Source: Anaerolineae bacterium
GTDB lineage: Bacteria > Chloroflexota > Anaerolineae > UBA1429
Length of the DNA stretch: 64,000 nucleotides
Direction: 5' to 3'
Assembly (NCBI GenBank): GCA_963675785.1
Contig: OY776562.1
Span: 224,001 to 288,000, forward strand
Numbering within the stretch: the stretch's first letter is position 1; each line of letters opens with the position of its first letter. Shown one piece after another: positions 1-9,736 of the stretch. The notes under the pieces were generated by a model that made no database searches, was not told the origin of the DNA, and saw only the letters and a list, made by a program, of their open reading frames with translations. The position numbers and the translations under genes are program-made.

Positions 1-124
1 CTCACCCTGTTCATTTAATTCCCCCCAAGATATAATGAGTCAAGCATTCTTGCAGGAACAATATTCCGGCGATGTGCGTCTTTGTTGCATAACGCCAAGA
101 TAACCAGGCAGAAGGAGGTTTGCC

Positions 125-1582
125 ATGTTTAGAAAAAATGTATGGCGCCTGCTCTTTGTGGCTAGCATCATGCTTGTCCCACTGGTCATATCATCATCAG
201 GTTTGGCCCAAAGCTCGGATGCTTCGCCCACAGAGATGGAGGTATCTAGTGTGGAGCTCACCATCTATAACCAGGATAGAGGCGTTGTCAAAGAACAACG
301 GACTGTCGTCCTGGCTGAAGGCGTCAATGAGGTGCGCTTTACAGATGTCGCCTCAAGCATTGACCCTACCACAGTGCAGGTTGTCTCTTTAACGGATCCA
401 GAGGGGACACACGTGCTGGAGCAGAATTATGAATATGACCTGGTCGGCAGTACAAAACTGCTGGAAAAGTACATTGATCAGGAGATCGAGCTCACCACGG
501 TAGAGGGTTCTACGTATACGGGAACGCTGCTTTCTGCCAGCGATGGCATTGTTCTAGAGACGGAAGAGGGCATTCGCCTTATCAATTCGGATCAGGTGCG
601 CGAGTTTATGTTCCCTCAGCTTCCCGATGGTCTTCTTACCAAGCCAACACTTGTCTGGCTTGTGGAATCGGCGGCTCCGGGCGAACAAACACTGCGTACC
701 ACCTATATGACCAGCGGAATCACCTGGGATGCAGACTATGTCGCCGTGCTTTCAAACGATGATAGTGAGATGGCGCTTAACGGCTGGGTAACGATTGTGA
801 ACAATTCTGGTGCCACCTATACCGATGCGTTGGTCAAACTTGTGGCAGGTGATGTGAATGTCGAATCTACCCAGACGATACGCGCTACTGATTTGGTTTA
901 TGCAGCCGAAGCTGCTGTGAGTACAGATGTGGAAGAGCGTGATCTTTTTGAATATCACGTCTACGAGATTCAGCGCCCTGTCACGGTCAAAGATGCCCAA
1001 ACCAAACAAATCGAATTCACATCGGCGCCAACCGTTGATGTGAACAAGGTGTATTTGTTCGAAGGCGTACCCATTACCTACAGCGCTTATAGCGTATACA
1101 CCGATCCGACCTATGGGACGGGCTATACTACAGATATTCAGGTGCTGGTCGAATTCACCAACAGTGAAGAGGCTGGGCTAGGGTTGCCTTTGCCGGCAGG
1201 TACGGTGCGTGTCTATCAAGAAGACGTGGATGGTAGCCCCGAGTTTGTGGGTGAGGATTCCATCGACCACACGCCCAAGAATGAAGACCTCTCTCTCTAC
1301 CTAGGTAACGCCTTTGATCTCGTTGGTGAGCGCACACAGCTTGATGTGGTGAGCCGGGGCGATATTGGAATGGATGAGACGATTGAAATTACCCTGCGTA
1401 ACCACAAGGACGAAGACGTTACTATACGCGTGATCGAATATCTCTTCCGTGCTGAGGATGCGACCATCACCAAAGCTGATGCAGACTATGAGATGGTGGA
1501 TGCGCACACGGCTCAATTTGATGTCGATGTGCCGGCTGATGGGGAAGCAACTGTAACCTATACGGTGCGCTACACCTGGTAA
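125..1582 (+). CDS. Secreted DUF4139-domain protein
   Basis: Signal peptide; ELTIYNQD, YxTxGITWxADY, VKLVAGDV and GLGLPLPAGTVRVY motifs typical of DUF4139/DUF4140; RBS AGGAGG. Confidence 0.8.
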   Translation: MFRKNVWRLLFVASIMLVPLVISSSGLAQSSDASPTEMEVSSVELTIYNQDRGVVKEQRTVVLAEGVNEVRFTDVASSIDPTTVQVVSLTDPEGTHVLEQNYEYDLVGSTKLLEKYIDQEIELTTVEGSTYTGTLLSASDGIVLETEEGIRLINSDQVREFMFPQLPDGLLTKPTLVWLVESAAPGEQTLRTTYMTSGITWDADYVAVLSNDDSEMALNGWVTIVNNSGATYTDALVKLVAGDVNVESTQTIRATDLVYAAEAAVSTDVEERDLFEYHVYEIQRPVTVKDAQTKQIEFTSAPTVDVNKVYLFEGVPITYSAYSVYTDPTYGTGYTTDIQVLVEFTNSEEAGLGLPLPAGTVRVYQEDVDGSPEFVGEDSIDHTPKNEDLSLYLGNAFDLVGERTQLDVVSRGDIGMDETIEITLRNHKDEDVTIRVIEYLFRAEDATITKADADYEMVDAHTAQFDVDVPADGEATVTYTVRYTW

Positions 1583-1592
1583 TGCTCTGATA

Positions 1593-1625
1593 GAAAAAGC
1601 CCCTGTAAAAGCAGGGGCTTTTTTC
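1593..1625. terminator. Bidirectional intrinsic terminator
   Basis: AAAAAGCCCCTG-taaaag-CAGGGGCTTTTT between convergent genes. Confidence 0.85.
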
Positions 1626-1647
1626 ATGCCTGTGGATTTGAACTAGG

Positions 1648-2028
1648 CTAGCGTGTTCGAGCTTTTTCCATAAAGCGCTGGCTCTCGACGATATAGCGCG
1701 TGTGAGAGGCAGAAGCGATAGAACCGGCGTCGTCCCATGCAGAAAGCTCAATATAGAGCTTTTTGCCGTTTTGCTCGATGACCTTGGCTATGACACGAAC
1801 CATCCGACCAATAGTCGATGGGGCGATGTGTTGCATCGCGATATCGCCACCGACAGTAGTTTGGCCTTTTTCAAGTAAGCCTTTACAGGCCTCAACGGCC
1901 GTACGTTCCATCCAAGCGATCAACCGAGGGGTAGCCAGCACTTGTAATTCGCCGCTCATTACGATAGCGGCAGTGTCTTGAAGTGTGACTTGGGCAGAGA
2001 ATTCAGCATGTGCCAGGGGATCGCTCAT
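1648..2028 (-). CDS. Hot-dog thioesterase (FlK/fluoroacetyl-CoA thioesterase-like)
   Basis: VLATPRLIAWME, TTVG, HIAPS and HTRYIV motifs; start re-assigned to MSDPL using RBS AGGAGAG. Confidence 0.85.
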   Translation of the reverse strand: MSDPLAHAEFSAQVTLQDTAAIVMSGELQVLATPRLIAWMERTAVEACKGLLEKGQTTVGGDIAMQHIAPSTIGRMVRVIAKVIEQNGKKLYIELSAWDDAGSIASASHTRYIVESQRFMEKARTR

Positions 2029-2043
2029 TTTGTCTCTCCTATG

Positions 2044-2078
2044 AAAAAAGGGCCGAACTAGATGCGTTCGACCCCTTT
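2044..2078 (-). terminator. Hairpin with U-tract after ftsH
   Basis: Minus strand GGGTCGAAC-gcatcta-GTTCGGCCC-TTTTTT. Confidence 0.6.
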
Positions 2079-2086
2079 CTGTAAGG

Positions 2087-3931
2087 CTAGATTGAAATTG
2101 GTTCTGATTGCATGATCGCCTCGAATTCGGGTGCATCAAGCGTTTCGCGTTCGATAAGTGCTTGTGCAATCGCATCGAGCTTGTCCCGCGATGTGATAAG
2201 GACTTCTTTTGCTCGCTGGTAAGCAATGTCGAGCAAGTTCTTGATCTCGACATCGATCTTGGAGGCCATCTCTTCCGAATAATCGCGCTGTTCGCCGATT
2301 TCGCGTCCGAGGAAGACCATTTCTTCTTTTTGGCCGAATGTACGTTGCCCCAGGGCTTCGGTCATGGCGTACTCGGTGACCATGGCACGGGCTGTTTGGG
2401 TAGCGCGCCGCAAATCGCTGCTGGCTCCTGTGGTAATGTCGTTAAAGACGAGTTCCTCTGCCACACGGCCGCCAAGCATAGCTGCCAGCTCATCTTCAAA
2501 CTGAGCTTTGGATTGCAGGCGAAGTCGGCTATCGTCCTCCGGAAGCGACATGGTATAGCCACCGGCCATGCCACGGGCAATGATCGATACTTTGTGAACC
2601 GGATCACAGTTGGGAAGAGTATGGAAGATGATGGCATGCCCAGCCTCATGATAAGCAGTGAGTCGCTTTTCATGTTCGGTGATCAGGCGGCTTTTGCGCT
2701 CGGGTCCGGCAATAACGCGCTCAATAGCTTCTTGGAGTTCATCCATCCCGATGCGCGACTTGTTACGACGTGCAGCCAGAATAGCGGCTTCGTTAACAAA
2801 GTTTTCAATATCGGCGCCGGTAAAGCCCGGCGTCTGCTTGGCCAGCACCAAAAGATCAACATCATCTGCCAGAGGTTTACCCTGGACATGAACCTTGAGA
2901 ATGCCTTCTCGCCCGCGACGATCTGGTCGGTCGAGGACTACACGACGGTCAAAACGCCCGGGGCGCAGTAGGGCTGGGTCCAGGATGTCCGGTCGGTTGG
3001 TAGCGGCGATGACGATTACCTTGGTATCGGTTTCAAAGCCGTCCATCTCTACCAGAATCTGGTTGAGGGTCTGTTCACGCTCGTCGTGGCTGCCGCCAAG
3101 CCCTGTGCCGCGCTGTCGGCCTACGGCATCAATCTCGTCGACAAAGATAATACAAGGGCTGTTGCGCTTGGCCTGATCAAACAGGTCACGCACGCGGCTT
3201 GCGCCCACGCCCACAAACATTTCTACAAACTCGGAACCGCTGATCGAGAAAAAGGGTACACCGGCCTCGCCTGCAACAGCGCGCGCCATGAGCGTCTTGC
3301 CTGTGCCTGGCGGGCCTACAAGAAGCACGCCCTTGGGAATGCGTGCTCCCAAGGCGGTAAATTTCTCGGGTTCTTTGAGAAATTCGACAATCTCTTGAAG
3401 TCCTTCTTTGGCTTCGTCAGCCCCGGCCACATTATCAAATGTGGTAGTCGAACGGTCGCCAGTGAACATTTTGGCACGGCTGCGGCCAAAAGACATGGCC
3501 TGGTTGTTGCCAGATTGTGCCTGTCGCAGCATCATCACCAACATGACGCCGAAAATCACCAGCGGCACGATTTGGATCAAAAGGATGCCAACGCCGTCCC
3601 AAATACTTGGGCTTTCGGCGTAGACATTGGGGATAGTGGCCAGCTCTTCTGCAGTTACACCCAGGTTCATCAAGGACTCGCCAAAGCTGATATCTGGCTC
3701 CTTGTATGAGATGTACTGCAGATAACTGTTGCCTTGCGGAACAAGGATCGTCAAATCGCCATCCGCGCCAATAGTAATTTCTTGAATATTGCCCTCTTTG
3801 ATGAGAGAGGCAACTTCAGAAAGAGATATCTCCTGAGTTTGCGTCGGAGAAAAGAGACTGAACATCAACAGCATGGCTGCTGCCATGATCAAGACATATA
3901 CAAAAGCATTTTTTTGCCAATTGGGCGCCAC
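2087..3931 (-). CDS. ftsH: ATP-dependent zinc metalloprotease FtsH
   Basis: Two N-terminal TM segments, Walker A GPPGTGKT, Walker [29 protein letters not shown] zinc motif. Confidence 0.98.
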   Translation of the reverse strand: MAPNWQKNAFVYVLIMAAAMLLMFSLFSPTQTQEISLSEVASLIKEGNIQEITIGADGDLTILVPQGNSYLQYISYKEPDISFGESLMNLGVTAEELATIPNVYAESPSIWDGVGILLIQIVPLVIFGVMLVMMLRQAQSGNNQAMSFGRSRAKMFTGDRSTTTFDNVAGADEAKEGLQEIVEFLKEPEKFTALGARIPKGVLLVGPPGTGKTLMARAVAGEAGVPFFSISGSEFVEMFVGVGASRVRDLFDQAKRNSPCIIFVDEIDAVGRQRGTGLGGSHDEREQTLNQILVEMDGFETDTKVIVIAATNRPDILDPALLRPGRFDRRVVLDRPDRRGREGILKVHVQGKPLADDVDLLVLAKQTPGFTGADIENFVNEAAILAARRNKSRIGMDELQEAIERVIAGPERKSRLITEHEKRLTAYHEAGHAIIFHTLPNCDPVHKVSIIARGMAGGYTMSLPEDDSRLRLQSKAQFEDELAAMLGGRVAEELVFNDITTGASSDLRRATQTARAMVTEYAMTEALGQRTFGQKEEMVFLGREIGEQRDYSEEMASKIDVEIKNLLDIAYQRAKEVLITSRDKLDAIAQALIERETLDAPEFEAIMQSEPISI

Positions 3932-4079
3932 AGAAATCTCCTTGAATCAGTGCAAAAATATAACGTACTTTCGCATAGTGCATTCTACCACAGGGTGAGG
4001 GGCAAAGCCAGAATTGCTAAAAACCGAGATAAAACAAAATCGGCCTGTTATCTGCCAGACCGATTTCGGTGCTGCTGAG

Positions 4080-4151
4080 TGGGCCCACCCGGATTCGAAC
4101 CAGGGACCAACCGGTTATGAGCCGGCAGCTCTGCCGCTGAGCTATGGGCCC
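4080..4151 (-). tRNA. tRNA with CAT anticodon, probably tRNA-Ile2 (lysidine) rather than Met
   Basis: GGGCCCATAGCTCAG...GCCGG-CTCATAA-CCGGT...GGTTCGAATCC...GGGCCCA cloverleaf; lacks initiator features; CCA not encoded. Confidence 0.9.
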
Positions 4152-4166
4152 GTTCCTCAATCAGCG

Positions 4167-4195
4167 ATTTTACCATCTGGGTTGAGGGGCGTCAA
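4167..4195 (-). promoter_or_regulatory. Sigma70-type promoter for tRNA(CAT)
   Basis: TTGACG-N17-TAAAAT with extended TG. Confidence 0.7.
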
Positions 4196-4209
4196 ACTCT
4201 ATGTATACG

Positions 4210-5433
4210 CTACGAGTTTGTGCACAAATCTGGATTCTCCGGTCCGTAATGGCGCAATAGCACTAGGGGTTCTGTTTGTGAGTCGTTTATTATCTGTACA
4301 CCGTCTTTGGCCGCATCTTCTGTTACCCAGAACTCGTCTTGAGTGATCTGTTCAAAGCGAACAAGTGTTGGTGATTCGACGGCGTGCGCGCCCATTTGGC
4401 CGTGCCCCTGGATAAAGATGACGCCATAGGCGGCGCTATCGTGCAGGGTTACACAGGCCCCTGGCAGAATGGTTGTCTCTTTGGCGCTAAAGTCCGGGCT
4501 CTTGTAGGTGATCCACATATCGGCATAGCCTGCAGCCTGCTGTTCGTCATATGCTCCTGCGGGCTTGGGCTTCATAAAGCGGTGTGCAGCAAAGTCAGGA
4601 TCGAGATTGTCTTCCCAATTGATCATATCCAAAAGATAATCCAAGTCCTGTTGATGATCTGTGGGCACATTTTTGACCAGTAGATCCCAACTGATGGGTT
4701 GTTCATCTACCAGAGACTCAAACATGGCATAGACATCGCTAGCATATTGCGGTTCATAGGTCAGAAGGCTGCCTGGAGCGTGCAGTACACCAGCGGGCAC
4801 ATCCCAGCCGGTGCCGGGCCGCAGAGCATAGGCCCGCGAGAGATCGGTGATGTTGTTATCGCCCTGGTTCCACGTTTCCAGGCAGTGGCGCACTTCATCG
4901 CGCGTGGTACCCGACTTGAACCCGAAAAAGGTGTAGGGGAATCGGCCTCCGTAATTGTTTAGCTGTATAGGGAAATAGTATGACTCTGGTTTGGGCTCCA
5001 TACCCATACGCCGGGCGGCCTCATCCATCTGATGCAGATGAAAGGGCAGTGGGCCGAGGTTGTCAAAGAACTTGGAATAGACGGGTAGTTTGCCGTATTT
5101 GCTCATGAGGCGTTGGCCTATGATGGCAGCGCCCATCTCTTCGACGGCATCGCGCAGCAGAATCAGGCTATAGCCGGTGTCATCGGGCACCACGATCTCA
5201 GACAGACCCTCATTGGGCGTGGTGCTGGGGCCGTTATCGGCGCGGGTGGTGGAGCAGAACCAGCGCTCGTCAATGCCGCCGCGATCGGCGCCATATGCAT
5301 AGAGATCGTCGGGATGCAGCTTGAGGCGGCGCCCAGGGATGCAAAAAACGCGAGGCACCCAGGTGGGCTTGAGCTGCAAAATGCCCTCGCCTGCGTTCAA
5401 AGCGCGATCAACCAACTGTTTCGTATTTGCCAT
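4210..5433 (-). CDS. Conserved cupin protein, type I phosphomannose-isomerase-like
   Basis: LPFHLHQ, KPESYYF and GVLHAPG motifs resemble PMI metal-ligand motifs; GGIDERW; RBS GAGGAG. Confidence 0.6.
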   Translation of the reverse strand: MANTKQLVDRALNAGEGILQLKPTWVPRVFCIPGRRLKLHPDDLYAYGADRGGIDERWFCSTTRADNGPSTTPNEGLSEIVVPDDTGYSLILLRDAVEEMGAAIIGQRLMSKYGKLPVYSKFFDNLGPLPFHLHQMDEAARRMGMEPKPESYYFPIQLNNYGGRFPYTFFGFKSGTTRDEVRHCLETWNQGDNNITDLSRAYALRPGTGWDVPAGVLHAPGSLLTYEPQYASDVYAMFESLVDEQPISWDLLVKNVPTDHQQDLDYLLDMINWEDNLDPDFAAHRFMKPKPAGAYDEQQAAGYADMWITYKSPDFSAKETTILPGACVTLHDSAAYGVIFIQGHGQMGAHAVESPTLVRFEQITQDEFWVTEDAAKDGVQIINDSQTEPLVLLRHYGPENPDLCTNS

Positions 5434-5572
5434 GTTTTCTCCTCATACAATCAATCGGGGCAGAGCTTTGGCAGCATGGTAATCTGTGACTTGGGCAAAA
5501 GCAAGCGACTTTGGAGATATATATGAAAAGAAAACCGTCCCCAGCAATACCAGGGACGGCTTTCTCTTTTAG

Positions 5573-5645
5573 AGCGGGAGACGAGATTCGAACTCGCGAC
5601 AACCTACTTGGAAGGCAGGAGCTCTGCCAACTGAGCTACTCCCGC
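5573..5645 (-). tRNA. tRNA-Gly(TCC)
   Basis: GCGGGAGTAGCTCAG...CT-TCC-AA...GTTCGAATC...CTCCCGCT. Confidence 0.95.
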
Positions 5646-5664
5646 ATCTAGCTTACAGGGCCAG

Positions 5665-5737
5665 TCGGGGTGAGAGGACTTGAACCTCCGACTTCAGCGT
5701 CCCAAACGCTGCGCGCTGCCAACTGCGCCACACCCCG
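5665..5737 (-). tRNA. tRNA-Pro(TGG)
   Basis: CGGGGTGTGGCGCAG...CAGCG-TT-TGG-GA-CGCTG...GTTCAAGTC...CACCCCGA. Confidence 0.95.
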
Positions 5738-5746
5738 TCAAACGGT

Positions 5747-5775
5747 AGTATAGGGTATTGCCCTCTTTTCGTCAA
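5747..5775 (-). promoter_or_regulatory. Sigma70-type promoter for tRNA-Pro/Gly
   Basis: TTGACG-N17-TATACT. Confidence 0.7.
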
Positions 5776-5864
5776 AGCTACCTCTGCCTAATTTCGGACT
5801 TGGCTAGTAAGCGATCTGGGCGTATTCTGTTACATGTGTCGCATTTGAAGGAGGATATACTTCC

Positions 5865-7106
5865 ATGTCTCCTGTTAAGGTTCACATTGGTCATGATGCA
5901 TTATCGGCGCTGGTCTCATACTGCGCTGAACACAGTATCGACCGCGTCCTCATGGTGGCCGACGAGAATACCTACGAGGCCTTGGGGTGCCGCGCACACG
6001 AAGCACTAAAAGCGAGTGGATGTGATGTCCTGCTGGTCAAGTTCACGGATGATGAGCTCGCCGCCGATGCTGACGCCGTCATGGATGTCCTGCTTAATGA
6101 GGATCGCCAGGGGCGTACGTATGTTTCTGTAGGTAGTGGCACCATCACTGATATCACCCGCCTGGTCAGCCATCGAGTAGGGGCGTCGTTTATCGCCCTG
6201 CCCACGGCTCCTTCGGTGGATGGTTATGCCTCAGTGAGTGCTCCAGTAGTGATTCGCCGCTTTAAAAAGACGGTCAATGCCCAAGGGCCAGAAGCAATCT
6301 TTGGTGATCTGGACACGCTGGCCAATTCGCCTGTGGCAATGCGCGCCGCTGGCTTTGGCGATATGTTGGGCAAGTATATTTGCCTTGCCGATTGGCAGTT
6401 AGGTCGCATTCTGTTGGAAGAGCGCTATGACGAGGTTGTGGCGGCGCAGACGCGGCAGGCCCTGGAAAACTGTGTGGCTGTAGCGGATGGCATCGGCTCT
6501 GGAGATCCACAGGCGGTCAAAACCCTGCTAGAAGCCCTTATCGATTCTGGTTTGTCCATGTTGGCCTATGGTAATTCCCGCCCGGCTTCTGGTGCCGAAC
6601 ATCACCTCTCTCACTTTTGGGAGATGAAACTATTGCATGAGGGGCGCCCCGCTGTATTGCATGGCGCCAAGGTCGGTGTCGGTGCGGTGTTAATGTCTGA
6701 GCGTTACCATCGTTTGCGAACTATGACATGCGATGATGTGCTGGACTGCCTACAGAAGGCCGAGATTTGTTCCCGTGAGCAACAGGAACGCGAGATTCGT
6801 GCAGGGTATGGGGAATTGGCTGAATCTGTCATCGCCAATTATGGGCCTTTTCTCGTTAGTTCTGGGGAAATCATTCGAGTATGTGAAAAGGTGATGCATC
6901 ACTGGTACCAGATTCAAGAGGTGGCAGCGACTGTTCCCGAACCCGAGGTGATGCGTGATTTGTTGCAGCGTGCGGGCGGTGCCGTTGAAGCTTTGGAACT
7001 TGGTTTGGACAACGATGAGCGGGATGCAGCTTTGCACTATGCACGTTATTTGCGTCCCCGCTTTACGATATTGACACTGGATGCCATACTTGGCTTGGAG
7101 CCCTAG
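5865..7106 (+). CDS. araM: sn-glycerol-1-phosphate dehydrogenase (AraM/EgsA family)
   Basis: VGSGTITD, PTAPSVDG, AGFGDMLGK, SRPASGAEHHLSH and LHGAKVG motifs. Confidence 0.9.
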   Translation: MSPVKVHIGHDALSALVSYCAEHSIDRVLMVADENTYEALGCRAHEALKASGCDVLLVKFTDDELAADADAVMDVLLNEDRQGRTYVSVGSGTITDITRLVSHRVGASFIALPTAPSVDGYASVSAPVVIRRFKKTVNAQGPEAIFGDLDTLANSPVAMRAAGFGDMLGKYICLADWQLGRILLEERYDEVVAAQTRQALENCVAVADGIGSGDPQAVKTLLEALIDSGLSMLAYGNSRPASGAEHHLSHFWEMKLLHEGRPAVLHGAKVGVGAVLMSERYHRLRTMTCDDVLDCLQKAEICSREQQEREIRAGYGELAESVIANYGPFLVSSGEIIRVCEKVMHHWYQIQEVAATVPEPEVMRDLLQRAGGAVEALELGLDNDERDAALHYARYLRPRFTILTLDAILGLEP

Positions 7107-7115
7107 GGGAACAAA

Positions 7116-7138
7116 GACCGGACGCTTAGCGTCCGGTC
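7116..7138. terminator. Hairpin between convergent araM and selC
   Basis: GACCGGACGC-tta-GCGTCCGGTC. Confidence 0.6.
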
Positions 7139-7155
7139 CATGGCATTCAGGTAGG

Positions 7156-7251
7156 CGGGAGTGGATGGGAGTCGAACCCACCAGGGCCGCTTCTGCAGCA
7201 CCCCTCAGCGATTTTGAAGACCGTGGAGCCCACCGGGACCCTACCACCCCC
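7156..7251 (-). tRNA. selC: tRNA-Sec(TCA)
   Basis: 8-bp acceptor GGGGGTGG/CCACTCCC, 5-bp T stem, 6-bp D stem with 4-nt loop, anticodon loop CTTCAAA, long variable arm, G discriminator. Confidence 0.93.
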
Positions 7252-7259
7252 ACGAGTTA

Positions 7260-7287
7260 AGCATAGTCCAGAGCTCGGCTTTGTCAA
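7260..7287 (-). promoter_or_regulatory. Putative selC promoter
   Basis: TTGACA-N16-TATGCT. Confidence 0.55.
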
Positions 7288-7351
7288 CCAGGCTTTGAAT
7301 GCGCCTACTGATAAGCTACCATAAATTGAATCAACTATTGGATGGAGGCAG

Positions 7352-8827
7352 ATGTTTGACGTTGCGTTGATTCGCAAGGGCCTTTTTAACGAGCGGTGGT
7401 GGGTTCGCGCCCTCTCCATTCTGGCGATTTGCCTGGTGGCGGGTCTGCCTATTGGCATGGTTCTGGGCTTGGCCGATGCTCTTTATGGCACTGCGATTCT
7501 AATCGGATTGCTCTGTGTATTGGCTGTTTTGCGCTATCAGCTTGTCGGGCTTCTTGCTCTTATTGCTGTCATCTGTTTGCTGCCCTTTGCTGCTTTGCCC
7601 TTTGACATTGGCTTCTCACCGACCTTTCTTGACATCGTTTTAATCGCCGTTTTCTTTGTGTGGATTATGCGGCTGGCAACCCGTAAACAGAGCGATTTTA
7701 TCGCCGCTCCTCCGACGGTTGTTGTGGTGATGTTTATGCTGCTGGCTTGCATGTCCTTTGTCGCGGGCCTTTCTCATTCTGCACTGACGACGACGGTGTT
7801 GCGGCATTTTGCCGAGTTGATGCTCAGCGTGTTGGTGTTTGTGTTGGTCATTAACACTGTTCGAGATCGTAAGCAGTTGAATGTTCTGGTAATTGCTCTG
7901 ATGGCTGCCGGCGCATTAGCAGCACTCATCGGCATCGTGCTATATGTGATGCCCGATTATCTGGCTAATCGCATCCTTTCGATGCTCGATGTGGTGCGGT
8001 ATCCCAGTGGCGATGTGTTGCGTTATGTTGAGGATGACACTTCTTTGGCTGAACGAGCCATCTCTACCTCTGTCGATCCCAACGTGTTTGGCGGCATGTT
8101 AGTCATTGTCTCTCTCATCACCACAGCGCAGCTCTTTGCGGTACAACCACTGCTGAAACGTGGCTGGATTGTGGCCATGTTGCTGCCCCTGGTTGTCTGT
8201 CTCATCCTCACCTATTCCCGCGGCTCATTTGTCGGTTATGCTTTTGGAGTATTCCTGCTCGCGGTGCTGCGGTATCCTCGTTTGCTGATCTATGCTGTAG
8301 TCGGCGCAGTGTTCCTGCTTTTACTTCCTCCCGCGCAAGAATATGTGCAGCACTTTATGGAGGGAATCGCCGGCGAGGACTTGGCCACACAGATGCGTTT
8401 TGGCGAGTATATCGATGCAATTGAGGTCATCGGTCGGCAACCTTGGCTGGGTGTTGGCTTTGGCGATACGCCTTACATTGACACCTATTTAGGGGTATCT
8501 TGTGTCTATCTGCTCATTGGTGAAGAGATGGGTATTCCCGGTGTAGCTCTGTTCTTGTTGGCTATGGGATCATTTATGGCCAGTTTTGCCCGTGCCCGGC
8601 GCGTTGTTAAACGAGATTCATCGCTTGAGGCGATCATGTACGGCACTGCGTTGGCCATAGCAGGGGCACTGTTTAGCGGCATATTTGATCACTATTTCTT
8701 TAATGCTGATTTTCCTCATGCCGCTGCCCTGTTCTGGTTTGTCGTAGGCCTTGCCGCTGTCTCTTTTCGCCTCATTGAACAAGAAGCATCTGAGAAGATT
8801 GAAGATAGAGTTGCCCCTGTGGTATAA
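7352..8827 (+). CDS. O-antigen ligase / Wzy_C family membrane protein
   Basis: About 12 TM segments; RAIST..DPNVFG, LTYSRGS and PWLGVGFG motifs. Confidence 0.8.
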   Translation: MFDVALIRKGLFNERWWVRALSILAICLVAGLPIGMVLGLADALYGTAILIGLLCVLAVLRYQLVGLLALIAVICLLPFAALPFDIGFSPTFLDIVLIAVFFVWIMRLATRKQSDFIAAPPTVVVVMFMLLACMSFVAGLSHSALTTTVLRHFAELMLSVLVFVLVINTVRDRKQLNVLVIALMAAGALAALIGIVLYVMPDYLANRILSMLDVVRYPSGDVLRYVEDDTSLAERAISTSVDPNVFGGMLVIVSLITTAQLFAVQPLLKRGWIVAMLLPLVVCLILTYSRGSFVGYAFGVFLLAVLRYPRLLIYAVVGAVFLLLLPPAQEYVQHFMEGIAGEDLATQMRFGEYIDAIEVIGRQPWLGVGFGDTPYIDTYLGVSCVYLLIGEEMGIPGVALFLLAMGSFMASFARARRVVKRDSSLEAIMYGTALAIAGALFSGIFDHYFFNADFPHAAALFWFVVGLAAVSFRLIEQEASEKIEDRVAPVV

Positions 8828-8828
8828 T
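8799..8828 (+). promoter_or_regulatory. Promoter for STAS/RsbW/RsbU module
   Basis: TTGAAG-N18-TATAAT with extended TG, overlapping the end of the upstream gene. Confidence 0.55.
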
Positions 8829-8866
8829 CTCTAGGCAAGTAACTCCGATACAATCAGGGGAAGCTA

Positions 8867-9202
8867 ATGAATATTACAGTAACGAAACTCAAGAGATGTG
8901 ATCTCCTCAAGCTTGAAGGCCGTTTTGACAGCAATACGGCGCCAGAACTTGATCAAGCAATGAATGACTCGATGGACGATGGTGTATTCCGCATCGTTCT
9001 GGACATGCAGGATGTCGAATACTTTGGCAGTGCTGCTATTCGCGCTCTTGTAAATGCTTACAAATCCTGCCGAGAGACAACCGGCGGGGATGTGCGGTTG
9101 GCTGCGGTCCCCGACCGCATCATGCATGTCCTTGAATTGGCGGGAATTGCGCCGTTGGTAGAGATATTTGAAACTCCAACTCTTGCCGTAGGCTCTTTCT
9201 AG
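8867..9202 (+). CDS. STAS-domain anti-sigma factor antagonist (RsbV/SpoIIAA-like)
   Basis: LEGRFDSNTAPEL, IVLDMQDVEYFGSAAIR (phospho-Ser region), VLELAG. Confidence 0.9.
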   Translation: MNITVTKLKRCDLLKLEGRFDSNTAPELDQAMNDSMDDGVFRIVLDMQDVEYFGSAAIRALVNAYKSCRETTGGDVRLAAVPDRIMHVLELAGIAPLVEIFETPTLAVGSF

Positions 9203-9274
9203 ATCGTTCGTATGGTCTTTACCGCCTCATCATGATAGTGCATGATGGGGCGGTCTACTTTTGGGAGTAGTGCA

Positions 9275-9718
9275 ATGGCTGTTGAATACGAACTTTGCGT
9301 CAAGAGCAGCACCCAGAATCTTGCAGCTATAGCAGAGTTTGTTGCTGAGCGGGCTCGTGAAGCAGGGCTGGATGATGACAGCATCTTTGATATTCAGATA
9401 GCTGTCGATGAAGCGTGTACGAACACTATTGAGCATGCTTATGCTACCCGATCGGATCAAACCTTGCGCGTGTGCTGTTCTGTCCAGGATCAAGAGTTCG
9501 TTATCCGGATAACGGACTATGGCACGCCGTTTGATCCTGATTCCATCCCCGAGCCTGATCTTGAAGCGCCTATGGAGGAACGTTCTATAGGCGGGTTGGG
9601 CGTGTTTTTCATGCGACGCCTGATGGACAGCGTCGAGTTTAGCACGCATGCGTATCGGGGTAATCAGGTTGTTATGCGCAAACGATTCGTACCCAACGAT
9701 GTTGATTCAACTCAGTAG
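9275..9718 (+). CDS. Anti-sigma factor / Ser kinase (RsbW-like HATPase_c)
   Basis: AVDEACTNTIEHAY, ITDYGTPFDP and GGLGVFFMRRLMD motifs; start re-assigned by RBS GGGAG. Confidence 0.9.
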   Translation: MAVEYELCVKSSTQNLAAIAEFVAERAREAGLDDDSIFDIQIAVDEACTNTIEHAYATRSDQTLRVCCSVQDQEFVIRITDYGTPFDPDSIPEPDLEAPMEERSIGGLGVFFMRRLMDSVEFSTHAYRGNQVVMRKRFVPNDVDSTQ

Positions 9719-9736
9719 CCTATCTGGCTGCATGGC

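Noticed and set aside
2108-2971. 287-aa plus-strand ORF
   Set aside because: Antisense shadow of ftsH
4078-7156. None of the four tRNA genes encodes a full CCA end
   Set aside because: Common in many bacteria that have a CCA-adding enzyme
4080-7251. tRNA cluster as an integration site or genomic island
   Set aside because: No integrase, and no duplicated tRNA 3' end noticed
6750-7458. Minus-strand ORFs 6750-7253 and 7147-7458
   Set aside because: They overlap tRNA-Sec and real genes on the other strand
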